From: Bigelowiella natans CCMP2755 | Lineage: Eukaryota; Protista; Cercozoa | Direction: 5' to 3' | NCBI GenBank assembly: GCA_000320545.1 | Contig: ADNK01003286.1 | Coordinates: forward strand, 1-64,000 | Length of the DNA stretch: 64,000 nucleotides | Shown here: positions 1 to 15,598 of the stretch, one piece after another | How the letters are laid out: each line of letters starts with the position of its first letter | How positions within the stretch are numbered: position 1 is the first letter of the stretch | Made by a program: the position numbers and the translations under genes | Notes under the pieces: model-generated | The model's database searches: none | What the model saw: the letters and a program-made list of their open reading frames with translations, nothing else | Told to the model about the DNA's origin: nothing

Positions 1-269
1 GAGGATCTCTTTACTGTTTTCCATCGAATAATATTAGATATGTCCATCACACACACACACAATATATATATATATATATATATATATAGTGTGTTTGTGT
101 TATGCACATATTATTATTATTCGTTGAAGCACAGAAAGAAATCATCGTCGTTGTTCGCTAACTCTAAAACTTATGATCATATTATCCGCAGGAATTAAAC
201 GTCTTGAATGCAACGAGTTGTAGGATTCCTAATCATCATTATGATCACAACCATTATCACCAGGAAGCG

Positions 270-582
270 GTAAAAAGGAAGAAGAAGGGACGCCAAGAGG
301 GTGTACATCTATATGCTCTACAAAACATGCCACCAGCACGGTGCAGCACTCCTCTCTCTCTCTCCCTCTCTCTCTTTTTCTTACTTGAACGTACTTACCA
401 CCCTACCCCCCTCAACTCACACACACATAATAGGTACGAGAAAGTTGTGCATATGTTGTTCACATGTATGTATGATGTGTTTATTACGATCTGCCGTTTA
501 TAAATAATAGCTGCTGCTGCTGCTGCTGACGCTGCTGCTGACGCTGCTGCAACTACTCCCACTACCTACCACCAATCTGCTG

Positions 583-622
<40 letters not shown>

Positions 623-881
623 TGTTTTCGTTCTTTTTTGTGTACTGTGCTGAATATATGACCAGTCTCCTCCGCATCCGTGTTTTATCCACAATTGGGA
701 GTCCTCCGTCCTCTACCATCCGAGTCAATCGCTGGTTTGCATTCACACAGTCTCTCGACATCGTAAAGCCATTTGCTGCGAGTCTCCTGGAGAGCTCCGT
801 CGCACCAGGGGTGAGTTTGACTTGTTCTTCTTCTTGTTTTTCATTCTTTGTTCTCGGTATGGCAGTATATATAACCGTCAT
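270..881 (-). CDS. Hypothetical protein, partial multi-exon gene probably continuing left of the window
   Basis: ORF 498..881 reads as ordinary protein (MTVIYTAIPRTKNEKQEEEQVKLTPGATELSRRLAANGF...RMRRRL) up to a GT donor near 663, before a (TA)n tract. A further AG..GT-bounded block at ~310-263 reads MYTLLASLLLPFYRFL. No family recognised. Confidence 0.35.
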
Positions 882-1032
882 CGCTTTGTTGAGCAGCTTA
901 AAAATAATACCTCAATTTCGTCGTTCTTAAGTAGTTACACAGCTGCTGCTGCTGCTGCTGCTGCTGCTGCTACCGCTGCTATACTGTAGACACGGCATGT
1001 ATGATGGTGATGATGATGATGACGATAATGGG

Positions 1033-1081
<49 letters not shown>

Positions 1082-1385
1082 CATATATGATGGCCTGGGT
1101 CATGCGTAGTAGTAGTAGTAGCGGTAGTAGCCAATTCTTCAGTAGTGCATGACTGCTATCATATTATCTGGTTGTTGTAAAGGTGGTCATCATCACCGTT
1201 GTTCGGTGTTATTTGCCCAAAAAAAAGAAGAAAAGTATTGTTGTACCATACAGGGACAACCGAACGCAACAACAACAAGCACAAACTACATGTCAACTCC
1301 ACACTCTCACTTAACCCTTCTCCCACTCCAATATCTTCATCATCATCATCATCATCGTTGTTGTGTATTGTCTTCTTTCGGCTAG

Positions 1386-3486
1386 ACTAAGCGTGATTAC
1401 CACCACACACGGCGCGAGTCGTTCGAGGCAGGGCTGCTACCTTTCAATGGAATAGAAGGAGATGGGGAGGAAGAAGTAGAAGAAGAAAAGGCTTGGAGAG
1501 CGGCAAGAACAACATGTGGAAGAAGAAGAAGAAGAAAGCAAAATGCTACAGCAGATGACAGCAGTAGCAACGATGGTGATAATGATACAGCCGCGAGTAC
1601 TCCGGGCACTGGCCTTCCATCATCATCATCATTATTATCACCATCACCATCATCCTTACCAACCGCGTTGGCATCGCCTTCTTCTTCCTCGCCGCCGGTG
1701 TGTGTACACAGAACTACGGTTTCTAACAGCAGCGACGATAAGAACAGCAACAACATCAAGAACAACACTACTACTACTACTGGCACTACGACAAACAACA
1801 ACCAAACGAAGCAGTCGCCGCTTTCGGTGAGAGATACCACTACCCCGCCTCCTTCACTCTCCAAGCAGACCCATCATGACCAGAAACACCGAGGAGGAGG
1901 ACGGGGAGAGGAAACGCTAGTTTCTCCTACTTCATCATCATCTACAGTCGCCGTATCATCATCATCATCGTCATCATCCTTTTCTTCTAATGGCGCAAGA
2001 GATCATGATGAGGCTGCTGCTGCTGCTGCTGGCCTCAACCGACGAGTTAGCAACAGTCCGCATCATCATCATCATCATCATGATCATGAGTATCATCATC
2101 AGAGGATGTCGTCCGCCTTTGGGTCCTTTTCCTCCTCCATTCATCTGAACGACGACGACGACGACGACAACGGCAACAGCACCGACAACTACCTTGGATC
2201 TAGCCCTCTTTTTCGGGGAGGAGGAGGAAGAAGAGGAGAAGGCGCTTTCCACTCCCCCAGCAACGATGGTGATGCAGGAATAATTGCAGAAGGTGGAGGA
2301 GATGGGGTGGGGGTAGCGGCAAGTGATGGTGATCGGGCTGCTGTTGTGACGACGACAACGACACCAACACCGAGTGGTAGTAGCATGAATCTCACACGGG
2401 AATTTGATCGGATGATGCAGGAAGCCGCTATAGATGATAATAATAATAACAATCATCATCATCATCATCATCATCGTAGTAGTAGTAGCAGTAGTGGCAA
2501 AACACATAATAATGCTAACGAGGATGATGATGATGATGATGACCGTGTTCGTCATTATCATCATCGACAACATCATGCTGCTGCTGCTGCTGCACATCCG
2601 CAGTACCAGCACAGTTATGCTTGTGATCCCCTCTTCAAGGAGCACAAAGATTCTCCTCACCCCACCCCTGGGCCAAGCAACGAGAGGAGGAGGAGGAGGA
2701 GCAAGAGAATAAGCAGCAGCAGCAGCAGCAGCAAAAGCAGCAGTGGTGTGTCTACTATGGAAGAAATGATCGAGGATGATATATTATCCCAGCAGCAAAG
2801 AAAACGAGTAGTAGTAGTAGAAGAAGCAGCAATGGGGGAGGAAGGAGATGGTGGAGAAATCAATAGTGCTAGTACTGTAGGAAGCAGCAGCAGCAGCTCC
2901 TCTGCAAACATCGACGAAACTTTTATCAAGGAGAAAAAGAGAAGGGGGGAGCGGATTAGGAGTACAGGAGGAGCTCCTAATGATGAAATTGTCAATAGCG
3001 GAGAAGAAGTTGAAGATATAAATGAGGGAGGAGGAATTGGAGGGTCGTTTCATTATTGTAGTAACAACAAAGAAGACTTCTTTCATCAGAAGAAGAAGGG
3101 TGTTTCGAGCAGCAGTAGTGGGAGGAGGGAAAGGGAGAAGCAGCAGCAGATGGGGTATAATAATAATGAAGGGAGGGAGCCTTCTCTCTATGGCCTGCAT
3201 CGTAGTATCCAAGCCCTTCAAGTATGTATTAGTATTAGTATGTATGTATGTAGTTGTTGTTGGAGTTAGGAGCAGCTCTATCAAATCATGTATGTATTAG
3301 TATTAGTATGTATGTGTAGTTGTTGTTGGAGTTAGGAGCAGCTCTATCAAATCATGTATGTAGAGAAAAAGAATAATAAGAACAAGATACTCTCTCTATA
3401 CATGCATATCTAGATTTGTGTATGTGTATGTGTATATGTATGTGTGTGTGTGTGTGTGTGTGTGTGAAGGTGGGGGGGAATTAGGT

Positions 3487-3561
<75 letters not shown>

Positions 3562-3932
3562 GCACCCGTCCATCAGTTGCGACAAGATGCTCTACGGGAT
3601 GCACTGAGTTGGTTAGGAGGAGGGTGTAATCACGATGGCGAGGAGGAGGAAGAGGAGGGCCAGAAGAGCAGCATGGAAGGAAAACATGATCATCATCATC
3701 ATCATCATCATCGCGCCAACAATACAGGAACAGGGAGGAGGAGTGGGGATACACGAGACAACGAAGGTGGCAATGATGGTGTTGATCATGTAAAATCCTC
3801 CTCAACGACGAAGAAACTGCCGCAATATGGGTCGTCCACCTCCTCCTCCTCCTTCTCCTCCCTCCCAACACCCGTAACACAACTACGACAGAGACTAGGA
3901 GAAGTCAGACGAAAGGTGGGTGATGCTCACTC

Positions 3933-3971
<39 letters not shown>

Positions 3972-4109
3972 GTAAAAATCTTTGTGTAACAAATTGATTT
4001 TTCGTTGTGTAGTACTAGCTCTAGTAGTTAGTAAGCCGATGTTGTTATACAGGAAGTCTAAGGGGGGGGTATTCTGAACAAGCGAATGTTGTTTTCAGAT
4101 CTTTTTCCT

Positions 4110-4141
<32 letters not shown>

Positions 4142-5077
4142 CCGAATAATAGGTCGATGTGCTAAGTCGCAATTCTGTAAACAAGGGGGATATGACTGCG
4201 GTGAGAGAGATCTCGATAAGACCATAATCGTTGCTCTAGTAGTAGTAGTGAACATTACAAAACACGCAGAATCGCTGCTTTCGTTTGTATGTGTGTTTGG
4301 TTTAGGGGGGGGGGGGGGAGGGGAGCAGTCTGGTGTAAGTAGGTGTGCATAACAAAGAAAGAAAACTTGTGGAAGAAGAAGGGTGTATTTGTAGGTGTTA
4401 CGATATTGTCTTGTACTAACTTCGTATGTTGTCCACACCACCCTGATGACAGGCCATCGTTCTGGGTTTGGCCCCCCTGAAAAGGAGCCTTAAATCAATC
4501 TCAAACTCGGTCAGATATCTGGCGGAGGGTTGATTGTAGGGGTGAGGGGGGTGATTCCTTCATTTATCGTCCAAGCCCCATAAGTTGTTTTCAGTGATTA
4601 CTATATTCGTTAGGCATCATCTCTGCCTCAGTCAACCACATGATTGCTAGCTCTTAGAGTGGTGGTGGTGGTGGTGTGCATTTGGAATGATACCGCTGTC
4701 TTCCCAGTCTTTGTGCTATATTAATTACCGATCTTTCTTTTGTGTATTATAATAATGGTAATAATAATAATAATGATAATGATAATAGGTATCGGAGTTG
4801 CAGCACCAGGCATCAAACAACAACCCCACCTTATCTGCCCAAAGCGCTGCTCGTCTGCAAGGAAATAATACCGACAGCAGCAGCAGCAGTAGAAGAAGCA
4901 AAGACGACAACCGTGACAAAACTACTAACAACGACACCACCCTTCTTCGGCGTGACGTCAAATGCATGGTGGACTCGATGATAGAACGTGTCGAGAATAT
5001 CACCAAGAAGGCTGTCGAGGCTGCAAGGTGATGCATGGAGAAGAAGGAAAAATAAGAACACGCACGCGCCACACACA

Positions 5078-5144
<67 letters not shown>

Positions 5145-5256
5145 GATGCAGAACATGATGAAAAGGAACGACTCTACCATAATTCCTCCTCCTCCTCCTC
5201 CTTCCAGTCCTCCTTTATTGCATAATAGCACTACTACAATTACTACCACTACTACT

Positions 5257-5292
<36 letters not shown>

Positions 5293-6898
5293 GCCCATCA
5301 AATGTGTGGCAGCAGCAGTGATGGTTCGGTTGTTGGAGATTATATCAAAGAAGCAACACCAAACAAACACAACAAACAACTTTACAATACTACTATTACT
5401 ACTACTACTACTACTACCATAATTCATCGTCATCATTGACATCATCATTGTGCTAAACGTCGCACGCAGGGAAAGTGGAACGTTGGCCCTCTCCCGAGTG
5501 ACAAGGATGGAGAAGTCGTCAGCAGAGCGTGTGTCAAGTCTCGATGCACAATTTAAGAGCCTGCATCACACGCACACCAACGCCTTTCGGACTTTAAGAG
5601 GGAAACTTGCTGATATGGGTATATTTATCATCATCATTATTATCACTATTGCTTTATATTTATATATTGAGGAAACAGGTGTAGTAGTAGTAGTCGTAGT
5701 TGTTGTTGTAGCTATTGTAGATTTAATAGGACTCAACGTATCGGTGATGTGACTAGTGGTATAACAAGTGTCTTGATGATCAGAATATTGTACGTACATA
5801 CATACATCGTGTGCTGCCAAACTATAATAATGTTGTTACTAGTGTTCGACGTGCTACTCTGATTTCCTTCTACCCGTCTCTGCTGTCTTTCTGTCCTCTC
5901 CTCTCCCTCATGTTTGTCGTAGGAACAACAATCACCGCGCTAGTAGCACATCAGCGGCAGCAGCAGCAGCAGCAGGACCACCATAAACCAATCTTTTTGG
6001 GGAAGGAGGAAGAGGAGGACCACCATAAACCAATCTTCTTGGGGAAGGAGGAAGAGGAGGAGGAGGAGGGCTTGGAGGAGCGTGGAAAAGAATCGCAAAG
6101 AATCGTTGATAGCAGCAGCAGCAGCAGCAGGAGGACAACAAGCTTATCAACAAAGGAGAGCCAGAAAAAGAGGCTACTAGTAAGCAGAAGGAGGAGAAGC
6201 AGCATGGAAACGAAGAAGAAGAACAAGGTTAATCATCGTGGTGCTGCTTAAAATAATTGCTGTCGTCGCAGTTGGCTATCTGTGTATTGCGACTTTGTTC
6301 TCGCATGGAACTCATGCTTGGTTGCTTACTGCGACTCCTTTTCTTCTTCGTCTTCTTTAACCTCCTCCTCCTCCTCCTCCTCCTCCTCCTCCTCCTCCTT
6401 TACTCGGCAACAACCCATCATCAGACTACTGCAAAGCACAAACTAAGGAGGACCTCACCACCGATAATACCTAGTTCTACAACAGCAGCAGCAAGATCTT
6501 CTTCTTCTTGTCCTCCTCCTCCTCCTCCTCCTCCTCCTCCTGATGCTGCTGATGCTGGGTTATCTTCCTTTGTTCCGAAGCAAACCTATTCCATCCCTAG
6601 CCACATCATCCTTACACAACAGCGTAAATCGCCTCCTTCTGGTGTAGGCTTTGGGGGTGGGGAGGCTGATGATGGATCTGCAAAAGGGGGAAGGAAGGTG
6701 GTGAGAGGCAGGAGGGCACAACAGGGAGGAGGAGGAGGAGGAGGAGGAGGAGGAGATTATGATGATGATGTGCGGCGCTTAGAGCGAAATGTTTATGGAA
6801 TAAAGGCGGACATCCAGACGCTCAGACTGGAGGAGGCGATCGCATTGCTTACGAAGCAAATAAGGTTAGAAAGGAGAGAAACACTTTACTGGAAATAA
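1386..6898 (+). CDS. Large low-complexity / coiled-coil hypothetical protein (multi-exon; start probably upstream of 1386)
   Basis: Open frame from acceptor at 1385 to donor at 3222 (includes the 533-aa ORF). Phase-compatible exons follow at ~3576-3915 (LRQDALRDALSWL..EVRRK), 4153-4200 (VDVLSRNSVNKGDMTA), 4789-5027, 5470-5618, 5923-6227 and 6425-6898 (..VRRLERNVYGIKADIQTLRLEEAIALL..YWK*). Confidence 0.6.
3222..3360. repeat. ~68-bp direct tandem duplication beginning exactly at an intron 5' splice site
   Basis: gtatgtattagtattagtatgtatg..tagttgttgttggagttaggagcagctctatcaaatcat occurs at 3222-3289 and 3290-3355. Confidence 0.9.
5976..6059 (+). repeat. 42-bp in-frame exonic tandem duplication (DHHKPIFLGKEEEE x2)
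   Basis: gaccaccataaaccaatctt(t/c)ttggggaaggaggaagaggag repeated twice. Confidence 0.9.
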
Positions 6899-7030
6899 GT
6901 AGCAATGATGACCAGCTTTAGTAACACGTGGCTGCTTTGAAACTATTGGATTGAGAATTGAAAACGCAAGTATTGATAGTTTATGTCGTACGATGCGAGC
7001 AATTGCCGTGTTGCGAGGGAAAAGTCATTT

Positions 7031-7715
7031 ATGTCCACAGTGCTGCTGTGCCGCGTTATGTTTCTTTATTACTGCTACTGCTGCATTGGTTCTTACAGTT
7101 GCTACCAACGTGTGTTGTACTTCAGGAGCCTCTTCGGCCGCCATCATCGCTTGAACAAGACAATTCAAAATAAGAATAACAATTCCTCCTCCTCCTCCTT
7201 CCCCTCCCCTACATCGGAAAGAAGATTCTATTCCGCTGATGCTGCTACTACTACTGCAACTGCTGCTGATACTTCCTCTACCAACAATAATCACAATAAT
7301 TATATCCATCGTGGGTCTATACGTCATTCTAAGGATAATTTTGAAAAGACAAAGCAGCAGCCTTTTCGTACTTCCTCGCTTCCGCCTCCTCCTCCTCCTC
7401 CTCCTCCTCAAAGTTCTATTCAGTCTTGCCACCGAGTGCCTCCTTCATTGCCGTCGTTTCGAGCTAGTTTCCACCTTTCTACAGAAAGGAAAAAAGCTGC
7501 TCCAAGCCCCAGTGAGGGAGGTTCAAGTCGTATTGACAGCAACAGGAGGGGATTAGAGAGACACAAGAAATATTCAAAGTACGTAGCTAGTAGCTCTTGC
7601 ATGTTAATAAGATGATGCCTCTATCTTATTCAATGTTTGTGATCATGGAAACACCAGAGAGCCTTCTTCTTTTGGTTGCTTTCTTCTTCCATCGTTCGTT
7701 GTTCGCAGGACGAGT

Positions 7716-7749
<34 letters not shown>

Positions 7750-8261
7750 CAACATCCATCATTAACATAAAGAGGAGGGGCAAGAACAGCAGAGAATGTC
7801 TGTTAGTGGTGTACTGATGGAGATCGGGAGGCATATTCGCATATGCCGAGTAGAATAATCACATCATCATCATCACCACCACCACAATTATTGCCGAATC
7901 AATTAGCAGCCCGTCCATCTCCTTGTCCCTATTTCGTCGAGAATGATGACTTATGTTGTCCTTGAATGATGAGTGGATGTAGCATTGAGAAGTCTGTTGT
8001 TGCTGTTATTGTTCCAGTATTCATCCCGCAGAGGTCGCACTGATATTGAGAGACCTAGAATCTAAGCAACGTGCTCGAGCACAGCTCGTCGAGAAGTTAC
8101 GAAGGCTGGAAAAAAGTGTAGAGTTTTTCAAAGTAGGCGCGTTACCGGAGGCAGCTGATGCTAGGGGCAAAAGGAAATGTGTAAAAGAGGACAAACTAGG
8201 CCTCGCTGGCGCCCGTTTAGACAGGATTTTCGGAAATCATGGCTATAACCCATATCCTTAG
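7031..8261 (+). CDS. Hypothetical protein (structure uncertain)
   Basis: ORF 6983..7615 (contains RRFYSA, possibly a mitochondrial presequence cleavage context) plus a coding-like last exon ~8032-8261 (VALILRDLESKQRARAQLVEKLRRLEKSVEFFK...). I could not resolve the splice join. Confidence 0.35.
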
Positions 8262-8339
8262 TTTTAGCGAATATCCCCGAGCAAGTTAGGTTACAGAAGG
8301 AACGCTAGCACCAATTTGATGATGATGGTACAGACATTT

Positions 8340-9140
8340 GTACTATGAAAGGCTCTGCGCGTGCACAACAAAAAGTTTGCATGCGCTGCTACATCGCACT
8401 TTGCGACAAGTTGGTCCAGCGATAACAAGTCGCCAAAGCTGCGCATTTGGAAAAACTTGGTTTTCTGCCGTCCTCTCTCACAACTGGCATCAAATTGAAG
8501 CTCCCAAGCATTGCCACATCATGGATGCGTGCCATTTGTGGGGCTGGCAATCTTGGGAAATTCATGATGTCGTCCCGAAGACAATGCACACGCAAGCAGA
8601 CAGCCACATGTGACATGTGGCACGCTGCAGGACATGGACATCATCTCCTCCACTGCAGGAAGCATGAACATCAAGGCTCGAATTAAAGCAACAACTGACG
8701 GCCATCATGCATGGACCGCAACGACGAATGAACAAAACGCCTCACAAAGAGACAGAGAAAAGAGGTCGCGCCGTACCGCTGCGCGCAAACTGAGCAAACT
8801 AGCAAAGCAGCACGACTAGACGACACAGACATGTCTAGATGTGGCCGACAAAACTGCAATGCTGTGCTTTCACATGCATGCATGCAACATGTGACACAAG
8901 AAATTAACAGATGCAACTCACTTGCGCACGAGCGCTGCACGTAGCCGCTGCTCCCTGCATCTAGGCATGGCTGCATCAGGATGACCACAGTGTTGAAAAA
9001 ATTTGAACATTTCATTGCATCCGTCTCATGTGTGCAAATTGCGCATCGCAAGCATTGCTTCATTGTGAAGCTAAGACGTAGCCCACGCATGCACGAGATG
9101 TACGAGTGTTGCAAATGCGCTAGCTAGCTAGGCGCAATGC
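8340..9140 (+). mobile_element. Decayed 3' portion of a non-LTR retrotransposon (LINE), copy A
   Basis: Translation gives ..WMRAICGAGNLGKFM..TATCDM/(frameshift)LQDMD/HLLHCRKH, a CCHC zinc-knuckle region typical of LINE ORF2 C-termini. Nucleotide similarity to 27965-28370 and 63230-63305. Confidence 0.6.
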
Positions 9141-9300
9141 CAGAATGCTTGGCAGCATTCATTGCAACGGCCAGTACAATAATCATCAGACTACTCAACT
9201 AGTCATCGCGCTCTACATCGCCAGCCCTAATCATTGTGCAAGTGCACTTTTGAGCTCACAGGCCACACGCTACGGCCAAACATACACTTACATATAACAT
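8340..9300. other. TpA-depleted, CTAG/TG/CA/CG-rich intergenic island 1
   Basis: Rich in catg, tgca, gcgc and gctagctagcta; few TA; lies between a + gene end (8261) and the USP stop (9377). Confidence 0.8.
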
Positions 9301-9376
9301 ATATGCATGTGTTTCCTGTGTCATTACCAATATGAATCATTTCCTTGACCCTTTTCTTCATAGATCATAACCAACA

Positions 9377-11131
9377 TTACATTTTGGAAAGACCAGACGA
9401 ATAGTTTCCTGCGATCTTTCTGTAAAATAGCACATATGCGCTGGAACCTAAATTTGTATGAAAGCATGTTTATTTCAGTGTTTCTATAATGCAAGTTGTG
9501 TCAGGGTAACAAGCTTACCTTGACCAGCAGAGGTATCTAAAGTACTTGACACTCGTGAATCATTGAAACACCTCCAATCATCCTGGATACCAGGGCCAAT
9601 GTTTGCGTGTGCTTTGTAATGGCCTCCATTGCACGTTCCCATATGGTTAGCAATTGCATATAGCCCGTAAGAGCAGTTGATATGGTTCTCAGCAGAAGCA
9701 GATTTAATGTCTGCTATTACACTTAAGTGTTCTCGTTCCAGGCGCTTCGGTGCAACGACATGCGTCTGTATCTTTGACCTTGAGTATCCTCGAAACTCGA
9801 ATCTTTTGAGGTGTATAACGAGCACATTTGGGAACTTGAAGACGCTGAGCTTCTTCGTTGATTGACGATGTTTTTTGCATTTGGAGCAATAATACGCTTC
9901 TAATTCTTCCTCGTCGCAGAATTTTGTTAAACAATCTTTAAGTTCAACTTTTTGACGCCCAGACGACGAGTAGTAGTATGAGGATGAGGATTTACTACTA
10001 CCAGAGATAATAGGGAGAGAGAGATCCCAAAACGGGTCAAATGCCGTGCTAATATGACCACACTTCCTACATGTTACGACTGATTTCAGCTGCCCTGCAA
10101 ATGTGTCGACGAGAACGCTGTCATTACGATCGGCGTAATTTTTCCACCACCGCCTAGATTTGACTTCATCAGTGTCTGTTTCTTTATCCTCTATCTGCTC
10201 GTATGGTGGCGTCTTTTTAACTCGATTGAGTTCTTCATGCAATCCATCGAGTAGAAAGCGTAGTAATTCATGGCAATCATGCTGTCTGTATCCACCAAAT
10301 TGAGGTGCTAGACGTGCTATCACAGATTTCAGAGCTTGTGGTCTCACAGTATTCTCGCTACTACCAGAGCCAATAATGCTCAGTCGATTGATTACGCTTC
10401 CAAATGTCTTGGCTAATTTTCCTTTCAAATCCGATTTTGGATTGATATCGCGAACCCATTTCTTGTCTTCCGAATTGAAATAAGAAATGAGCATAGGAGT
10501 GGAACAGATGCACTGTATAGCAGTGTTCATATAGCAGGTATTCCCGAGATTTATTAACCCAACTGCTGCTCGAGTTTGCCTTTGAATAACAAATATACTT
10601 ACTACCATATCAATATTTAGTTTGAAATTATGTATGGTCTTGCACCGAACATATAAGTACAACGACATTGTCTCTGTTCTCATGCATTGTGGCCTTTGCT
10701 CTCGAAACATAAATATGTGACTCCTCTACAACAACAATATATGTGTAGTAGTACTGGGTTGCCAATGTTTGCTGTTGCTTTCGTCGATGTGCTCGCCTGG
10801 AGGTCAAACTTCCTCTTTGATACCCTAGAAAAGTAACGATATTAAATGCAACAAGCGACAGTATCAGTAGTACCACAACGATGGTCAGTTTATAATGACT
10901 GACGTAAAGTGCAATATAGCTTAAAGACGCCATTAGTTGCGTGCGTATAGTATGTAAATAGAATATTATCCTTACAGTCTGTCAGGAACACTTTTCCCAC
11001 CTTGCTCTTTGCCATTGTAGTTGTTGTCATCGAGGATGATTTTGTCATAATTTCTCTCAATGCCGATATCATCATCAAACTTCTTCTTGCATTTCTTATA
11101 AAACTCTTTTAAGTCTTCATAGTGCTCATAC

Positions 11132-11169
<38 letters not shown>

Positions 11170-11263
11170 TTTAAAGAGTGTCTGTGCGCTTTTACATTGT
11201 AGAACTCATTCATAGTCTTCATTGTTGTTTTCTTATGTTTGTGTGTGTGTGTGTGCGCGCGCG

Positions 11264-11310
<47 letters not shown>

Positions 11311-11408
11311 TCAAATATTTAATGCATCAAGAAAATCATAACGAGACAAATAATGCGATGCCCTGTCATCTCATCAAAAGGTATAATCATAACGACATCT
11401 GAAATATA

Positions 11409-11490
<82 letters not shown>

Positions 11491-11991
11491 AACTATATAC
11501 TTTTTCAGATAAAAGTCCAAATTTGAAAGATCACGTGGGCTGTATTTTTTGAAAAGCTTCTCCAATTTTCCTAATTATGCATGAGAAGTTGAGCTCATCA
11601 ATCAATACGGTGATACAAGATTTCACAAATCTTTACCCTGATATTTCTTTCTTTTGTTCTTTATGTCGTCGTCTTCAAGTGCACCGCCACCATAGTAGCT
11701 ACTGGAAGCTATTTCAGAGGATGGAGTAGCAGTACCAATGCCCCTTCTTCTGGATGATGATAATGAAGAAGAAGAGTTCAATGAATATGAACCTTTATTA
11801 TACTCTCCGGCTGTAGTGCTGCTGTTACAGTCGATGTATTTTCTTCGACTACTCCTGATGCTGCTGGTTCTCCCGCCGTGGCTATTCAGCTTGTCACTGA
11901 TTGCGAGAGATCGAAGGCCGGATGTAACCCCCTTTAATGGTGAGCCGTGAACATGCGTTAAGTATAATTTTCACAGAACACTTTATTTACT

Positions 11992-12072
<81 letters not shown>

Positions 12073-12609
12073 TTATATGTGTGTTTCTGTGTACAGTACA
12101 TTTTCGCGTGTGCAATAACCTGGTTGTATCGAGTACGCCCACATGATTTCAGGCTATTTATATCGGGTCTTCCTCCGTAATAGTGGATACTATTGTCCTT
12201 GTTCCTACTTGCGGCTACACTGTGTCGATTTGTTGCCGTCCTCCTATAACGGAATATAGCACCCTCATCCCATAAAACAGAAATAGTGAAGAAATCAAGT
12301 TTTCACCTTCTTGAAGACGGAAGAGGCGGTATCTACATTAAAATGAAATTCGTAAAATCAAGTGCTTTTTCTTAGAATTACCACGTCCAAGTATTATCTC
12401 TAATGTTGTCAGAAGTCTACCTCCCTCAATCCTCTACTACTGCGCTCAGAGCCAGATGTATCTTGGCCGATAGGTAATTTAGGACGATAGTTGTATCTAA
12501 TGTGAAAGAGGAGGTGAGGGTGAAAGAGGAGGTGAGGGAGAAAGAGAAGGGACTGCATCAGCGGCAACGACATTTTGTGACACAGGAAAATAAAATACCT
12601 GCTATACAT
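9377..12609 (-). CDS. Ubiquitin carboxyl-terminal hydrolase, USP2/USP8/USP21-like (peptidase C19)
   Basis: Cys box GLINLGNTCYMN, QHDCHELLRFLLDGLHEEL, FDPFWDLSLP, LVIHLKRF, His box HMGTCNGGHY, WRCFNDSRV. Last exon GSSAYVLFYRK..M* ends at 9377. Upstream short exons splice in phase from ATG 12609 (MYSR|YNYRPK..|IPPLPSSRR|RTATNR..); the start is less certain. Confidence 0.9.
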
Positions 12610-13956
12610 CGCTCCTTGGTTCCTGGGACCTACTACTTTAATTGATAAGAACATTTGTAGGTTATTCATACAACCACTATATGTCCAAATGCTGCTACTA
12701 ATCCAGCAATTTTTAACATAAATTAGGCTAGTAATTGTCGATGATACGAGCTCTAAATTGTGGGATTGTACCCTTCTACCTTTGTGCTCAGTGAGACTGG
12801 GGGAGGATGTTACGAATGATGAAAGAATTACACTCAGGAAAATAGCCATGAAGAAACGTCGATGATTAGCATGTTACAACATACTTGGAAAAACCAACGA
12901 TGAGGGTTTTGCTTGTAGCTAAGGAGGGCCATTGTGCTTGTGTCTGTACGTATTATCGTCATCATTTTCGTAATCGAACGATTTCGGGATAATGTCGGTA
13001 AGTCATTAGTCATCTTGTCATTTTATTACCAGCCAGCCGTAGGGAAAACTCCTCCTCCTTCTTCTTTCTTCTCCTTCTTACTTTTGTTCTTCCGTTCGTT
13101 GTTGCATTTTAGTAGTAGATCTACGAGTACAAGCACGTGTGTTGTTCGTCGTCTTGTGGCAGGCAGCAGTTACTACAACAGCAACGGCAGCACCAGCAGC
13201 AGCCGACGAATTCTTGCACAAACCGATAATAACCGACCGATTTTTCGATGACAAACAACCGACTACTGCTAGGAAAACTAATAAATAATGTGAAAAAATA
13301 ATTCACGTATTATTATAACTTGTGTTGCCTTGCATGTATCACCGTCAATAAATAGATCGATCGAATGTAACAATGACAACAACAATTCCCAGAAACTTCC
13401 TCCACTAAATGTTAAAATAAAAATCATGCATCATGAAACAATCAGTAAGAAACGGTCAATTGGGACCATAGTTACGACCAAAATGCCTGAAAATAACCTA
13501 GATATGAAGTGGGCGACATGAAGAATCACATCATCCAATAAGCCAACCAAAGGACTTGAAGCCAAGAGTCAATCAAAATCCACTTTTAACTTGTGAGGGG
13601 ATCTGAAAACAAATTTCTTTGATTTACTAATGGACTACTAGTAGAAGGAAAGCCAATATTATTGTTGCCGCATCATGAATGTAGATGGGATTTCGGTTCT
13701 ATTTGACATGAAATTGATAAAATACCAAATATTTAGTGCTGAAACCTGCCTGCGATCTGTGCGTACCCTGCCCCTCTGAGCTGTCATAGAATCTACACAA
13801 AGAACACCCTCCTTAGGAAATTTCAAAGGAAAATAGGTGACATAGATTTTAAATAGATCTATGAATGGTGAAAAAGTCTTTTTGCCTAAGACTAAATTAG
13901 TGCGCTTTCATGCAAACACTTAAATGATGCATGATTATGCTCGCAGAAACTGAAAA

Positions 13957-15430
<1,474 letters not shown>

Positions 15431-15499
15431 AATCCATCTTAATTTACTCCATATAGGACTATGCTAAGAAAATTTAACGTAATACCTCTTGGTGAGAAG

Positions 15500-15562
15500 C
15501 ATCGCGTGTGTTCTACACAACATGCGCATGTGTGTTAAGTGTGCGTGCGTGCGTGTGTGTAT

Positions 15563-15598
<36 letters not shown>

